Source: Octopus sinensis | Lineage: Eukaryota | Length of the DNA: 64,000 nt | Assembly (NCBI RefSeq): GCF_006345805.1 | Contig: NC_042998.1 | Location: forward strand, 198,896,001 to 198,960,000 | Direction: 5' to 3' | Shown here: positions 1 to 13,319 of the stretch, in pieces | Position numbering within the stretch: the stretch's first letter is position 1 | Layout of the letters: every line of letters starts with the position of its first letter | Translations under genes and position numbers: made by a program | The notes under the pieces: model-generated | The model's database searches: none | Told to the model about the DNA's origin: nothing | The model's input: only the letters and a program-made list of their open reading frames with translations

Positions 1-330
1 TGTTTGACATTGAAGAATTGATCTCGTTGCCAGCATGTCGGTCGCTATGCCTTTTCTAAGTGCCTCGTCTACTTTCCTAACTAAGTCTCCCTTTGTTCTC
101 GACTTTTCTATTGCTATTTTCTACCAAACCCTAGCGCCTCTACTCTTATAGCCCTTTTCCAGGGCTATCCATCATCGGTAATTGACGATTGCGCCCGTCA
201 ACTTCTGTTAGACTAACTTGCTTACCTGGTGTCTGACTACTTGAAGGCGGAGGACTCTGAAGTGTACTGCAACTTTCTGTTAGAGCTACCCTTGTCAATA
301 TTTTATTTTTCAATTTGAGCTCTTGACCAA
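1..330 (-). pseudogene. Decayed fragment of Tx1/L1-like LINE ORF2 (linker after the endonuclease)
   Basis: Aligns by eye with 40740-40940 (shared ggtcgctatgcct...ctaactag...cct; jointly similar spacing), which adjoins a recognisable RT. Confidence 0.55.
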
Positions 331-403
331 CATTAGATTTCTATATATTGCGTCCGTATTACATAGCTTGTTGACAGGAGCGAGCGCCTGACAAAATTCC
401 AGA

Positions 404-647
404 TCGAGGGATCGCGGGTTCGAATCTCAGACCGGGCGATGTGTGTGTGTGTTTATGAGCGAAAACACCGAAGCTCCACGCGGCTCCGGCAGAAGGTAAT
501 GGCGAACTTCTGCTGACTCTTTCGCCACAACTTTCTCTCACTCTTTCCTCTTGCAGCTCATCTCGTCCGGGTGGGGAACTCATATGCCAAGAAACCGGGA
601 AACCGGCCCTTATGAACCGGGGGTGGCTCGAGAAGGAACAAACAACA
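404..647 (+). mobile_element. 5'-truncated SINE, family D
   Basis: B-box ggttcgaatc and body matching 32731-33032 and 58552-58856. Confidence 0.85.
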
Positions 648-675
648 GAGAAAGGCAACAAAACGCGTTAGCAAT

Positions 676-1070
676 TACTCTTTTACTTGTTTCAGTCATT
701 TGACTGCGGCCATGCTGGAGCACCGCCTTTAGTCGAGCAAATCGACCCCGGGACTTATTCTTTTTAAGCCCAGTACTTATTCTATCGGCCTCTTTTGCCG
801 AACCGCTAAGTGACGGGGACATAAACACACCAGCATCGGTTGTCAAGCAATGCTAGGGGGACAAACACAGACACACAAACATATACACTTATATATATAT
901 ATACATACATATATACGACAGGCTTCTTTCAGTTTCCGTCTACCAAATCCACTCACAAGGCATTGGTCGACCCGGGGCTATAGCAGAAGACACTTGCCCA
1001 AGATGCCACGCAGTGGGACTGAACCCGGAACCATGTGGTTGGTTAGCAAGCTACTTACCACACAGCCACT
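676..1070 (-). mobile_element. tRNA-derived SINE, family A
   Basis: Reverse-complement match to 5822-6226, with internal (TA)/(TG) microsatellite and gagtaaaa-type tail. Confidence 0.9.
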
Positions 1071-1089
1071 TGTTTTATATATCTATAAG

Positions 1090-2580
1090 TGTCAGCAGTA
1101 TTTAGGTGCTGGACGAGCACGTGCAGAAATTTTTGGTTGTCCTGCTTCCACCTTGGATTGGCCCGACTGACTGCCTTTCTGTGCCTGCAGAGTTTATCTC
1201 GCACCAGCAATATGCACCCACTTGACTCGTTTCTGAAAATTATTCATGGGCCTCGTTCCAAAAGTCCTCTGAAACAGATTAGCCAGTTGATTTTCATCGA
1301 TGCTTGGATTTTAAGCTGAGTAAGTTGTCATTTTTTTCCATCATTACACATTTATAGAACTCTGGCCTAGAGCTTTCCCCGCATTACCCAACTGCTAGAA
1401 AGCTGTGAACGTTTGCCAGTATTCCGGAAGCCAAACGTTCTGTTTCCGTCTTTAAGTAACTTCGGAATGCAGCTCTGTCAAAAGCTGTGAGAAAAAGCGT
1501 TTGACAATCGTTGGACACCCCTGTTCTTCATGAGAGAAAAACTGGAGACAATCGCAGCTTTTGCGCATTAACAACCACGGTCTGCCCAATCCTCTGTTCG
1601 GTAGATGTGACCAGTGGAACACAACTCTTCCACTGAAAGCAGAAGAACAGACACTGCAATCCACTCAGACGCCAGCTGGAGTAGAGCACAGCGTTCAGAC
1701 AGTAATATACGTTGGAGGCGATGTAGCCGTTCGTCACCTCTGCCTTACCTTTTATGGATAGCTTTCGAGGAAGATTGGCTACCCTGCTTGTCACTTCTTT
1801 ACTTGGAGATCTGAACCAAACCAGAAACCGAGCAATTCAACCGGTCCGTCTGTACAGTCCGTACAGCTGCTGCTGGGCGACATTGACCAGCTTCTCCAGG
1901 TACCGAACTGAAAGGCCCACAGATTTCGCGTCGTTGATTTTGACTCTTGCGATCACTTCGTGGTCCCTTAGAGCTGTCTTGATCACCTTAATACGCACAA
2001 TGCCTTACAATATGACAGCAGCCTCTTCTGCATATGCCAATACCAATTCTCCACATCTTAGTTTGTGGAGGATGCCATTCAATTGCTCTAGTTATCGCAG
2101 TAGTGGGTCTGTAGATACAGAAGAAACGAGACGAGTGTATGGGACAGAAGAGAATAATTATTAAAGGCGGCCATCATCCTAACCAGTGAATAGATATCGC
2201 TCACTAGTTAGTCGCTATCAAACTGCAGAAAACGGGACCAAAACTGGTCGCCATAAGGACAGCCACCAAGTATTGATGATCGAACAGATCGAAAGCTTTT
2301 GACTGATCTCAATTGATCAAGGATCCACTCTTGCCATGTTCCTTATTCACCCTCTCTATGATACATCGCATGAAATAGAGGTTGTCGTAGATAGTTCTCT
2401 TTGAGATGGTACGTGTTTGCGCATTCCTATTCAGACCATCGACGGCAATTGCCAATTTATTGGATAGCACCTTGGCTAAAATTTTGAAATCCGAATTTAA
2501 CAGAGTTATGGGCCGAAAATTATCAATGTGATCCTTTTTGTTGGGAATCTTTTCTCAGCAGCTCCACGCTGTCCCTATCT
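1090..2580 (-). pseudogene. Degenerate Tx1/L1-clade LINE reverse transcriptase
   Basis: Minus-strand translation near 2440-2540 gives DNFRPITLLNSDFKILAKVLSNKL. A decayed YADD-like motif (SAYAEE) lies near 2020-2037. Multiple stops and frameshifts. Confidence 0.8.
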
Positions 2581-3607
2581 ACTGGCTCTATCTAGCTTGC
2601 GCCCAGTTTGAAGTTTTCTCACATTGGTATAAAAAAGACTTTAATATTTTATATGTAATCACGTCTAACTTTTGTTAGATAGCATCTGCCTTACATACGA
2701 GTATAATCAGAAAGTCACCGGCAGCAATGAGTAAAATATAGGAAATTACACACAGACAGACAAATATTAAGGAAACAACCAGACATAAAAATGCATTACT
2801 GTGATTGATGCCATACCTTGTGAACAGAAACATATCGATCAACGAGACATTGGAAATGGTCTAAATATAACGAAGTACAAATCGAAGCAAGAGGGATGGG
2901 GAAAATATGTATAAATGTGGTCCTCACAGCAATAGGTGATCCAGAGACAGCGAATAAGGAAATGACCGCTCCATCATGGAATTCCCAACCTAATAACTGC
3001 AGGAAATACCTCGTTCATGAAAATCACATTCATTTCGTTGTTGCTGTTGTTGTTGTTGTGTGTAGGCGTTGTTCTTGTTCTTGTTGTTGATGTTACTATT
3101 GTGTTTTGTTGTTGTGTAAACCAATGTCAGCTCTAATCGTGCAAACTTATATATCAAGCACGTAGACGACCAACTAACACGGTACAAAGAATCACTGAGT
3201 TCTAGGTTGCTCTGTATGTTTCTATCGGTCAAATGGCCATCGTTCTATTATGACACCAGTTGTTTTCACCCCATCTTCAAGTACATTTTACCCAGGACTC
3301 CATTACCCATGTGTTCATTCATTTTTGAGATGGCAGGGTGTAGGTGAATGTATGTCTTGTTTCAAGTAGGCCTACTGACCACAGACAATATTCCATCGTC
3401 AGACTACATTTTTATGCCAGCCGACGAGAGAGCTACCTACTAGAAATAACACTCAATTTTCCTTCAAATCACACGCACCGTCTTAAAAAATTATATATCA
3501 ATGTAATTTGGGCTACAATTTGCTTAGATTTAGCTGCTATTTCTAGTAGATTCATCCATTTATGTAGAGCTTTCCTCGTAGGCTCATTTTATATCTGCTA
3601 TTTAACA

Positions 3608-3757
3608 TGTTCAAATTCCGCCGAGGTCGACTTTGCCTTTCATCCTTTCGGGGTCGATAAATTAAGTACCAGTTACGCACTGAGGTCGATATAATCGACT
3701 TAAGCCGTTTTTCTTTGTCCCCTCTGTGTTTAGCCCCTTGTGGGTAGTAAAGAAATA
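3608..3757 (+). mobile_element. Headless family B SINE body
   Basis: gttcaaattccgccgaggtcgac...gtagtaaagaaata matches the family B unit. Confidence 0.85.
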
Positions 3758-3761
3758 TATA

Positions 3762-4159
3762 TCTTTATATATAAAAGTGAAGTTGTGTGAGTGTCTGTCT
3801 CCTACGATTTAGATTCCTAACTACTCCCACATTTTGCGGTGCAGTTTAGCCAAAACCGGGTATCGTATAGTCATGATTCATATCGAGCCCTTCTGGGTAT
3901 TAGCGCGCGTCTACGATGAGTCTACGATTTTAAAAAAGATTTACCATCAATTTTTCCCATTTTTGATGCATTTTTGGCATATATAAGGGAAGTAACTCTC
4001 TAAAAATTTATTATTAAATCTCAAAACGTAAAACGCTACAGTAACACCCCCCCCTTTGTGGTTAGCCATATTGAGATGGCTATTATACTTTACATCTCTA
4101 AAAATGCTTATATAGTTATTTCCCTTACAAACCCGAGCAACGCCGGGCGATACTGCTAG
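3762..4159 (+). mobile_element. Non-autonomous Helitron
   Basis: 5' TC and 3' CTAG, subterminal hairpin cccgagcaacgccggg, inserted between A and T. Four copies in the window. Confidence 0.85.
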
Positions 4160-4320
4160 TATATTAATAAAAACACAAATGGGTTGAGATTCACTATATT
4201 TGTTTCAGACGCGTTTTTATTGATGAACAAATCAATTACATCAGCGAAAAAAAGTTTCCTTTTGGTGAATTTAAATTTAAATCTAAGATTTAAGATTTTG
4301 GCTCATAAATGCTTTTACGC

Positions 4321-4662
4321 TTTTACTTGTTCAGTCATTTGACTGCGGCCATACTGGAGCACCGCCTTTAGTCGATCGAGCAAATCGACCCCGGGACTTA
4401 TTCTTTGTAAGCAGCCTAGTGCTTATTCTATCGGTCTCTTTTGCCGAACCGCTAAGTTACGGGGACGTAAACACACCAGCATCGGTTGTCAAGCGATGCT
4501 GGTGTGCTTACGTCCCCATCACTTAGCGGCTCGGCAAAAGAGACCGATAGAATAAGTACTGGGCTTACAAAAGAATAAGTCCCGGTGTCGATTTGCTCGA
4601 TCGACTAAAGGTGGTGGTGCTCCAGCATGGCCACAATCAAATGACTGAACAAGTAAAAGAGT
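4321..4662. repeat. Foldback palindrome made of two family A SINE 3' halves
   Basis: About 165-bp inverted arms centred on ccagcatcggttgtcaagcgatgctgg. Confidence 0.9.
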
Positions 4663-4924
4663 ATGTGCCCATGAACCTGTTTCTATTAGTATGTCACTGA
4701 GTAGAACAAAAGAGAGCCATAAGCCACCATAGCAGACTTCACTTCGATGCTCTATAAAAGAGTTATGGGTACAATATATTTACTCATTAATAGATCGGTA
4801 GGTTTTTGTGTATTTTTTTTTACTAGTCATTAAAAAAAAAACCAACAAAGTATGACCAATTTAACTGAATGTAATTCATGTTTGATACAGAATTTTGCAA
4901 CTATGGAGGAATAATCGGTAATAC

Positions 4925-5707
4925 TTATTCCCTTACCACCCACAAGGGGCTAAACACAGAGGAGGCAAACAAGGACAGACAAACGGATTAAGTCGATTAT
5001 ATCGACCCCAGTGAGTAACTGGTACTTAATTTATCGACCTCGAAAGGATGAAAGGCAAAGTCGACTTCGGCGGAATTTGAACTCAGAACGTAACGGCAGA
5101 CGAAATACCTATTTCTTTACTACCCACAAGGGGCTAAACACATAGAGGACAAACAAGGAAATACAAACGGATTAAGTCGATTATATTGACCCCAGTGCGT
5201 AACTGGTACTTATTTTATCGACCCCGAAAGGATGAAAGGCAAAGTCGATCTCGGCGGAATTTGAACTCAGAACGTAAAGGCAGACGAAATATCTATTTCT
5301 TTACTACCCACAAGGGGCTAAACACATAGAGAACAAACAAGGACAGACAAACGGATTAAATCGATTATATCGACCCCAGTGAGTAACTGGTACTTAATTT
5401 ATCGACCTCGAAAGGATGAAAGGCAAAGTCGACCTCGGCGGAATTTGAACTCAGAACGTAACGGCAGACGAAATATCTATTTCTTTACTACCCACAAGGG
5501 GCTAAACACAGAGGGGGCAAACAAGGACAGACAAACGGATTAAGTCGATTACATCGACCTCAGTACGTAACTGGTACGTATTTAATCGACCCCGAAAGGA
5601 TGAAAGGTAAAGTCGACCTCGGCGGAATTTGAACACAGAACGTAACAGCAGATGAAATATCGCTAAGCACTTCGCCCGGCGTGCTAACGTTTCTGCCAGC
5701 TCGCCGC
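4925..5707 (-). mobile_element. Family B SINE array: one head plus 4 tandem bodies of about 185 bp
   Basis: Units start near 4925, 5110, 5296 and 5478. The single head (ggcgagctggcagaaacgttagc on the minus strand) is at about 5660-5707. Confidence 0.9.
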
Positions 5708-5821
5708 TGGTAGTACCTATCATCTCTCAGAAACTGAATATTGAAAGTAGAAGCCTGAAATTATGCACTACAAATTATTTGTTTCGTCATTTATTATTTT
5801 TTTTCACAACTTTTCACAACT

Positions 5822-6226
5822 AGGCGTAGGAATGGCTGTGTGGTAAGTAGCTTGTTTACCAACCACATGGTTCCGGGTTCAGTCCCACTGCGTGGCACCT
5901 TGGGCAAGTGTCTTCTACTACAGCCTCGGGCCGACCAAAGCCTTGTGAGTGGATTTGGTAGACGGAAACTGAAAGAAGCCCGTCGTATGTATGTATATAT
6001 ATGCGTGTGTGTGTTTGTGTGTCTGTGTTTGTCCCCCTAGCATTGCTTGACAACCGATGCTGGTGTGTTTATGTCCCCGTTACTTAGCGGTTCGGCAAAA
6101 GAGACCGATAGAATAAGTACTGGGCTTACAAAAGAATAAGTCCCGGGGTCGAGTTGCTCGATTAAAGGCGGTGCTCCAGCATGGCCGCAGTCAAATGACT
6201 GAAACTAATAAAAGAGTAAAAGAGTA
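5822..6226 (+). mobile_element. Full-length tRNA-derived SINE, family A
   Basis: A-box tggctgtgtggt, B-box ggttcagtccc, CORE-like accttgggcaagtg, (aaaagagt)n tail. Confidence 0.9.
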
Positions 6227-8147
6227 ACTTGCTGTTCTTGCATGCCGCGAAATTAAATTCTACATCCAATCTAAACAAATATGAAGTCTACTGGTTAATG
6301 CTAAATATCACTTATTTAAGGAATAACAGATTTACCAAACAGTTTAAAATTCTTAGAAAAGATATATTGAACACAGAAATCGATTACCAAGTGAGGCGTG
6401 AAGTTTTCCAATGAAACATAACGAATTAATTCAAGTAGAAACTTGAAATACTGCCGGAACATTGAACCTAAAACGTCTTTCCTAAATATGCAGAAGCAGG
6501 TTCATTACGAAAGAGCCAGCACTTGGACGCCTTTGATTTCAGCATTAAAATAAACTATAAAGCAACAATAGCGAACATAAAATACAGTTTTTGCTCATTG
6601 TCGACTTAGCGTTCGTTCACATATATAAACAGAGAAACGAAAATAAATACAACTTTCTTACCAGACAACGACGAAACCACTTGCATAAAGGTTAGCATTG
6701 TTACTACTGCGCTTCGTTTTTTCCCTCCTCCCTCTCCCCCCTCTCTCTCTCTGTTTACCTTTTTTTTTTCTTGTCTCTCTCTCGCTCTTTATTACGCTAT
6801 CTTCGCTTTACACTATTCACTCTAACCACCCTCACCACTCTATTAATTCCATTATTTTTCTTTCTACTCATACTACGGCTTCACAAGCTTATACTGCCTC
6901 TCTCCACCAACTTCTCAGTGACTGACTCTTCTTGTCTCTACTCTCTTCCACTCCCTCCACACTTAAAGTCTCTAAGTCCATTGTCTCTATCCTCCTCATA
7001 TCTCTATCCTCCCGCAAACACTTCTTTTCTCTGTCCAATCTCTTTTCTCCTTTCACTCTAATTTACCCCCCCACTGTACTTCCAACAAACAACAACAATA
7101 ACGATAGTTTCTAAGACAGACACAGAGTCGCACCTATTCACCCCCAGTACTTGAGGATTGACTTTTTTGTCGATCCTGATAAGAATTTAACCTCGACAAG
7201 GTTTGAACTCGCCACATAAGTGGATATAACTAGTTATATGGTATTTTGTTGCTGCACTACCGTTTCTATCATTAACAGAACTAGTTTTTTACTACCCACA
7301 AGGGGCTAACCACAGACAGGACAAACAAGGACAGACAAACGGATTAAGTCGATTACATTGACCCCAGTGCGTAACTGGTACTTAATTTATCGACCCCGAA
7401 AGGATGAAAGGCAAAGTCGACCTCGGCGGGATTTGAACTCGTGCTAACGTTTCTGCCAGCTCACCATTAACAGAACTAGCTATTGAATACAGCCCAAAAC
7501 CTACATTTTTAGGGAAAGATTTAGATTAACCGAACCACAGTATATGACCATTTCTAATTTTAGGAACCGTTGGAATTTGAACTCAAAACGCAAGGCGACA
7601 CACCTAAATACCTTAAAGCATTTTCTTTTCGTCACACTGTCGATTCCTTAGTAGTATTTGAACTCAGGTCTTGGAAAGTTGGAACATATACTGCAGGGTA
7701 TTTTATGCGACGCTCTATTTTTAATTCAGGCAAAGCGGAGAGCTGGCAGAATCGTTAGAGCACCCGAAAAAGTACTGAGTGGCTTTTCTTCTAGCTTTAC
7801 GTTCTGAGTTCAATTTACATCAGTTTTGCCTTTTATCCAATGAAATGAATACCAGTTAAACATTGGGGGCAATGTAATCGAGTGGCATCTTCCCCCACCC
7901 AAATAATCAAGTCTTGTGTCTGTAGCCGATAATTTAGAAGAATGGTTATTAGTTGACACCAAGAACTCTAGTACTTTTACTGATATTTTACTTTATCGAC
8001 CACCAAAGAATGAAAGGCAAAGCTGACTTGGGTGGCATTCGAACTCAGCACGTAACATGCTGGAAGATAATACCGCAAAACATTTCCTCCGACACTCCAA
8101 CGATTCTGTCAGCTCGCCACCTTAGCACCTTTAATAATTAATAATCT

Positions 8148-8545
8148 TTTCTACTCTAGGCACAAGGCCCGAATATTTTGGGGAGGGGAGCAGTCGATTA
8201 ATTAGATCGACCCCAGTACGCAACTGGAACTTAATTTATCGACCCCGAAAGGAGGAAAGGCAAAGTCGACCTCGGCTGAATTTGAACTCAGAACGTAGCG
8301 ACGGGCGAAATACCTATTTCGTTACTACCCACCGGGAGCTAAACATAGAGGAGAAAAACAAGGACAGACAGACGGATAAAGTCGACTATATCGACCCCAG
8401 TGCGTAACTGGTACTTATTTAATCGACCCCGAAAGGATGGAAGGCCAAGTCGACCTGGGCGGAATTTGAACTCAGAACGTAACGGCAGAAGAAATACGGC
8501 TACGCATTTCGTCCGACGTGCTAACGTTTCTGCCAGCTCGCCCAC
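8148..8545 (-). mobile_element. Chimeric family B array: head, body with tail 1, then body with tail 2
   Basis: The distal unit ends in cttgtgcctagagtagaaaag (as at 53341-53360). The proximal unit ends in gggtagtaacgaaata. Confidence 0.8.
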
Positions 8546-9504
8546 CCTGACAACAATAACAACAATAACAACAACAGCAACAACTGAATCTATTTTAGGT
8601 ACATAGCTAAAGGTGGTGGTTAACCAATACCAACAACTCCAGTACTTGGCTGATACTCTATTTTATCAACCCTGGAAGGATGAAAGTCAAAGGTGACTTT
8701 GGTGGAATTTGAACTCAGAATGTAAAGAGCAAAAAGAAATACCAGCAACGCCGGCACTCTAGCAATTCTGCTAATCCACCATCCTTAAGAATAATGATTT
8801 CTTTACTACCCACAAAGGCTAAACACAGAGGGGACAAACAAGGACAGACAAATGGATAAAGTCGATTACATCGACCCCAGTGCGTAACTGGTACTTATTT
8901 AATCGACCCCGAAAGGAGGAAAGGCAAAGTCGACCTCGGCGGAATTTGAACTCAGAACGTAACGGCAGAAGAAATACGGCTACGCATTTCGTCCGACGTG
9001 CTAACGTTTCTGCCAGCTCGCCCACCCTGACAACAATAACAACAATAACAACAACAGCAACAACTGAATCTATTTTAGGTACATAGCTAAAGGTGGTGGT
9101 TAACCAATACCAACAACTCCAGTACTTGGCTGATACTCTATTTTATCAACCCTGGAAGGATGAAAGTCAAAGGTGACTTTGGTGGAATTTGAACTCAGAA
9201 TGTAAAGAGCAAAAAGAAATACCAGCAACGCCGGCACTCTAGCAATTCTGCTAATCCACCATCCTTAAGAATAATGATTTCTTTACTACCCACAAAGGCT
9301 AAACACAGAGGGGACAAACAAGGACAGACAAATGGATAAAGTCGATTACATCGACCCCAGTGCGTAACTGGTACTTATTTAATCGACCCCGAAAGGATGA
9401 AAGGCAAAGTCGACCTCGGCGGAATTTGAACTCAGAACGTAGCGGCAGACGTAATACTGCTAAGCATTTCGCCCGGCGTGCTAACGTTTCTGCCAGCTCG
9501 CCTT
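8339..9504. repeat. 480-bp tandem duplication bounded by family B SINEs
   Basis: 8460-8880 is repeated almost exactly at 8940-9360 (period 480). Confidence 0.9.
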
Positions 9505-10336
9505 ATATAATATTTTTTTTTTAAACTTTTTTATTGCCAAGAATACGACATTGTTGTACATTAGATGTAGAAATTACAACGAGGGAACTATATCTACAGC
9601 AGAAAGACAGAGAGAGGGGGCAGAAAGACAGAGAGAGAGAGAGAGAGGGAGGGAGAGGGAGAAAAACATGACAACTTGTATAAACTTGTTTCCTTAAAAA
9701 AAAGTAACGCCGCAATGATTAGGAATTTGGTAAAACAAGCTGTTGCCTGTCTGTGCGTGTGTGTGTGTGGTGTGTGGTGTGTGTTATTTGTATGTGTGTT
9801 TTTATAGTAACTTAAATAGATTAAGTATCGAATGTTGGGAAATAACAAGTTGCTGCGTAATGGGATTAGTCGTGTTTATCGGTCTTCGTATTTACTTTTA
9901 AGTCGATTATATTGACCTGGTGATTTTATCTAGAACTTATTTCATCGATCTCGTAAGACCCAAAATGTAAAGTGCAAATCCCATAGTGATTTGCATATGT
10001 GTGTGAGTGTTTGTGCGTTTGTGTTTGTATGTGTGTGTTGTCTGTGTAGGGTGGTCGTCGACTTAAATTATAACCACTTCTTCATTGCCGTCAGTAATAG
10101 GTTTGATAGCATTTCTACCATGTACATTTAGAGGACCATTTAGCCCTGATATTATTTTAAATTATTTATGACAAACGTAGCATTTGGTTATTACAAGAAT
10201 CACATCAACAGCAGTTCCGCCCTTCTAGCTCCCTGGAAACGCAATTTTCGTGTTTTGCGTTGAAGAACCGTCAAGAGCCAATCTTTCCGTCAGCACATCA
10301 CTTGCAAATTTTTTTTGTATATGTCTGTGCACAATA

Positions 10337-11428
10337 CAGAGTGTCCCAAAAAGATTTAACCGTGTTTAGAACACTTCCTAAAGAATATCTGTTCAGGTAA
10401 TGTTATCTACATTTTAGATAAAGATTTGCATATGTCTTTTGTTCATGGGTTTATTGTGTCGTTCGTGTATAACAGGTTTCTAAAAAAACATGGCGTCGAA
10501 AGCAAAACGTGACCAGATTGTCGCTTTGAAAACAGCTGGAGTGAGCAATAAGGACATAAAACAGTTGAATGTGTGTCGTAAAACAGTGTTCAATACATCG
10601 AAACGATATATGGAGCCCGCTATTACTTCTAGCTAACCAGTTCCAGGTGGGAAACGATCAATTCGTACCAGACAAACTGTTGAAGCTGTGAAGAAGTGAA
10701 TGAACCGAAATCTCAGCAGGAGTGCAAGAAAAACTGCAAAAGTTCATATTTCGAGATCGTCAATACACAGGATTCTTAAAGAGGATTTAAAGCTAACTGC
10801 ATACAAGAAACAATCCCGGCAGCTAATTTCGGCAGCTTCCAAGCAGAAATGGCTCAACAGGGGTAAAAACCATGTTAGCTGAGATGAACCGCGCAGCTAA
10901 CAGTATTGAACTGGTCCTACGAGATCTTCACCGTGACGGCAGTTACCAACAGGCAGAATGAGTCAAGTTGGATGAAGAGGCGATACGGTGATCGAGTGAC
11001 CACTTCTTTGCAGATTAGGATCAAGGCGAAAGGTGGTCGTTTTGAAGTGTAATTACTGCAGTGGATTGGCGATTTACATTTGAGCCTATAGGCCAAATTT
11101 CATTGTCCCACCTTAAGTTTATTTTGAAGAATTAAGAAATATCTATTTCTTTACTACCCACAAGGGGCTAAACACAGAGAGGACAAACAAGGACAGACAA
11201 GCAGATTAAGTCGATTATATCTACTCCAGTGCGTAACTGGTACTTATTTAATCGATCCCGAAAGGATGAAAGGCAAAGTCGACCTCGGCGGAATTTGAAC
11301 TCAGAACGTAACGGCAGACGAAATACGGTTACGCATTTCGCCCGGTGTGCTAACGTTTCTGCCAGCTCGCCGCCTCTATTTTGAATAATTAAGAAATATC
11401 AATGGGTAAATCTTTCTGGGACACCTAG
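10337..11428 (+). mobile_element. Internally deleted Tc1/mariner-superfamily transposon with a nested family B SINE (11144-11375)
   Basis: TA flanks. TIRs cagagtgtcccaaaaagattta and rc ctaggtgtcccagaaagattta. HTH relic MASKAKRDQIVAL...SARKTAKVHISRSSIHRILKEDLKL. The nested SINE has a TSD of about 23 bp. Confidence 0.85.
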
Positions 11429-11429
11429 T

Positions 11430-11484
11430 ATATGCGTTGTGTGCGTGCGTGCGTGTGTGCGTGCGTGTGTATGTGTGTGTGTGT

Positions 11485-11529
<45 letters not shown>

Positions 11530-12586
11530 GAGTATATAGTATGTTTATGTGTCTTCATATATGCGCGTCATCAATGAGTAATGAGAACCTGCAGGCGCAG
11601 TGTCTCTATTGAGTATTACGTGTGTCTGTGTGTCCGAGTGTAATATATGCGCTGCACGTGTGCGTGCAGTATCTGCGCGCAGTGTATCTTCATACAGCTT
11701 GCGCGAGCATGTAGTGTATGTGTGTGCTGTCTGAGTATCTCTATGTCGTATGTGTGTATGTGTGTGTGTGTGTGTGTGCAGTGTCTGTAGGTACATTATG
11801 CGTGTGTTCAACGTGTGTATCTGTGTGCGTATGTCATGTTTGTGTGTGTATCTCAGTTTCTGTTGTGTCTGTGTGAATCTGCGTGCTGCATGCTTATGTT
11901 TGTCAGTCTATTGTTTATTGTGCATAGTCTATTGTATGTGTTGTGTATTGTGTGTTTATCTGTGCCGTTCTGTTGCTGGTTGCACATGTCTGTATGTTCT
12001 GTTGCATGTATAATGGAGGTTATGCGCTTATGTTTGGCTGTCTCGTGTATGCTGTATGCGTCTTTTTGGGTTACATGTGTATACATCCACACGCACACAC
12101 ACATACATGTGTGTGTGTGTGTGTGTGTCTGTGTGTGTGTGTGTGTCTGTGTGTGTGTGTGTGTGTGTGGCGTATGTGATTAACTATTTACCTGTATATC
12201 TATGCTGTGTGTAATTGACTGTGTAGTGTGTGCATGCGGGTGCTAGCGCGCACATGATGTGAGTGAGTGCGAGTGAAAGAGAGAGAGAGAGGGGAGGGGA
12301 GAAAGAAAGAAAGAAAGAGAAAGAAAGAAAGAAAGAGAAAGAAAGAAAGAAAAGGAAAGAAAGGAAGAAAGAAAGAAAGAGAAAGAGAGAGAGAGAAAGA
12401 GAAAGAAAGAAAGAAAGAAAGAAGGAAAGAGAAAGAGAGAGAAAGAAAGAGAAAGAAAGAGAAAGAAAGAGAAAGAAAGAAAGAAAGAGAGAAAGAAAGA
12501 AAGAAAGGAAGAGAGAGAAAGGAAGAAAAAAGAAAGAGAGAGAAAGAAAGAAAGAGAGAGAGAGAAAGAAAGAAAGAAAGAAAGAA

Positions 12587-12659
<73 letters not shown>

Positions 12660-12670
12660 AGAAAGAGAGG
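11430..12670. repeat. Degenerate (TG)n tract followed by a (GAAA/GA)n purine tract
   Basis: Directly visible. Source of several spurious ORFs. Confidence 0.95.
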
Positions 12671-12901
12671 CAGCGGTTTTACATGTTCATAAATATAGTT
12701 TTTTGGTGTGTGTGTGTGTGTGTGTTCTGAACTATGTGTGCTTGCTTATGCTGTGTGCATGTTTGTGCACATAGAGGTACACGTATTTTATGATTGTACA
12801 TGCCTATATCTTTCTGATTATTTTAAATAAATATTTCTATAACTGTGCATGTGTCTAATTATTTTTATGCTTCCGTACGATGGTAAATCGACATGCTGAT
12901 T

Positions 12902-13319
12902 TAAGGCGGTGACCTGGCAGAAACGTTAGCACGCTGGGCGAAAGTCTTAGCGATATTTCGTCTGCCGTTACGTTCTGAGTTCAAATTCCGCCGAGGTCGA
13001 TTTTGTCTTTCATCCTTTCGGGGTCGATAAATTAAGTACCAGTAACGAACTGGGGTCGATGTAATCGACTTAGTACCTATGTCTGTCCTTGTTTGTCCTC
13101 TCTGTGTTTAGCCCCTTGTGGGTAATAAAGAAATAGGTATTTCGTCTACCGTTACGTTCTGAGTTCAAATTTCGCCGAGATCGACTTTGCCTTTCATCAT
13201 TTCGGGGCCGATAAATAAAGTACCAGTTACGCACTGGGGTCGATGTAATCAACTTAATCCCTTTGTCTGACCTTGTTTGGCCCCTCTATGTTTAACCCCC
13301 TGTGGGCAATAAAGAAATA
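12902..13319 (+). mobile_element. Family B SINE array (head plus 2 bodies)
   Basis: TSD ggtaaatcgacatg at 12882-12895 and 13320-13333. Confidence 0.9.

Noticed and set aside
11376-12730. ORFs rich in HT, CV or KER repeats
   Set aside because: Translations of (TG)n and (GAAA)n microsatellites.
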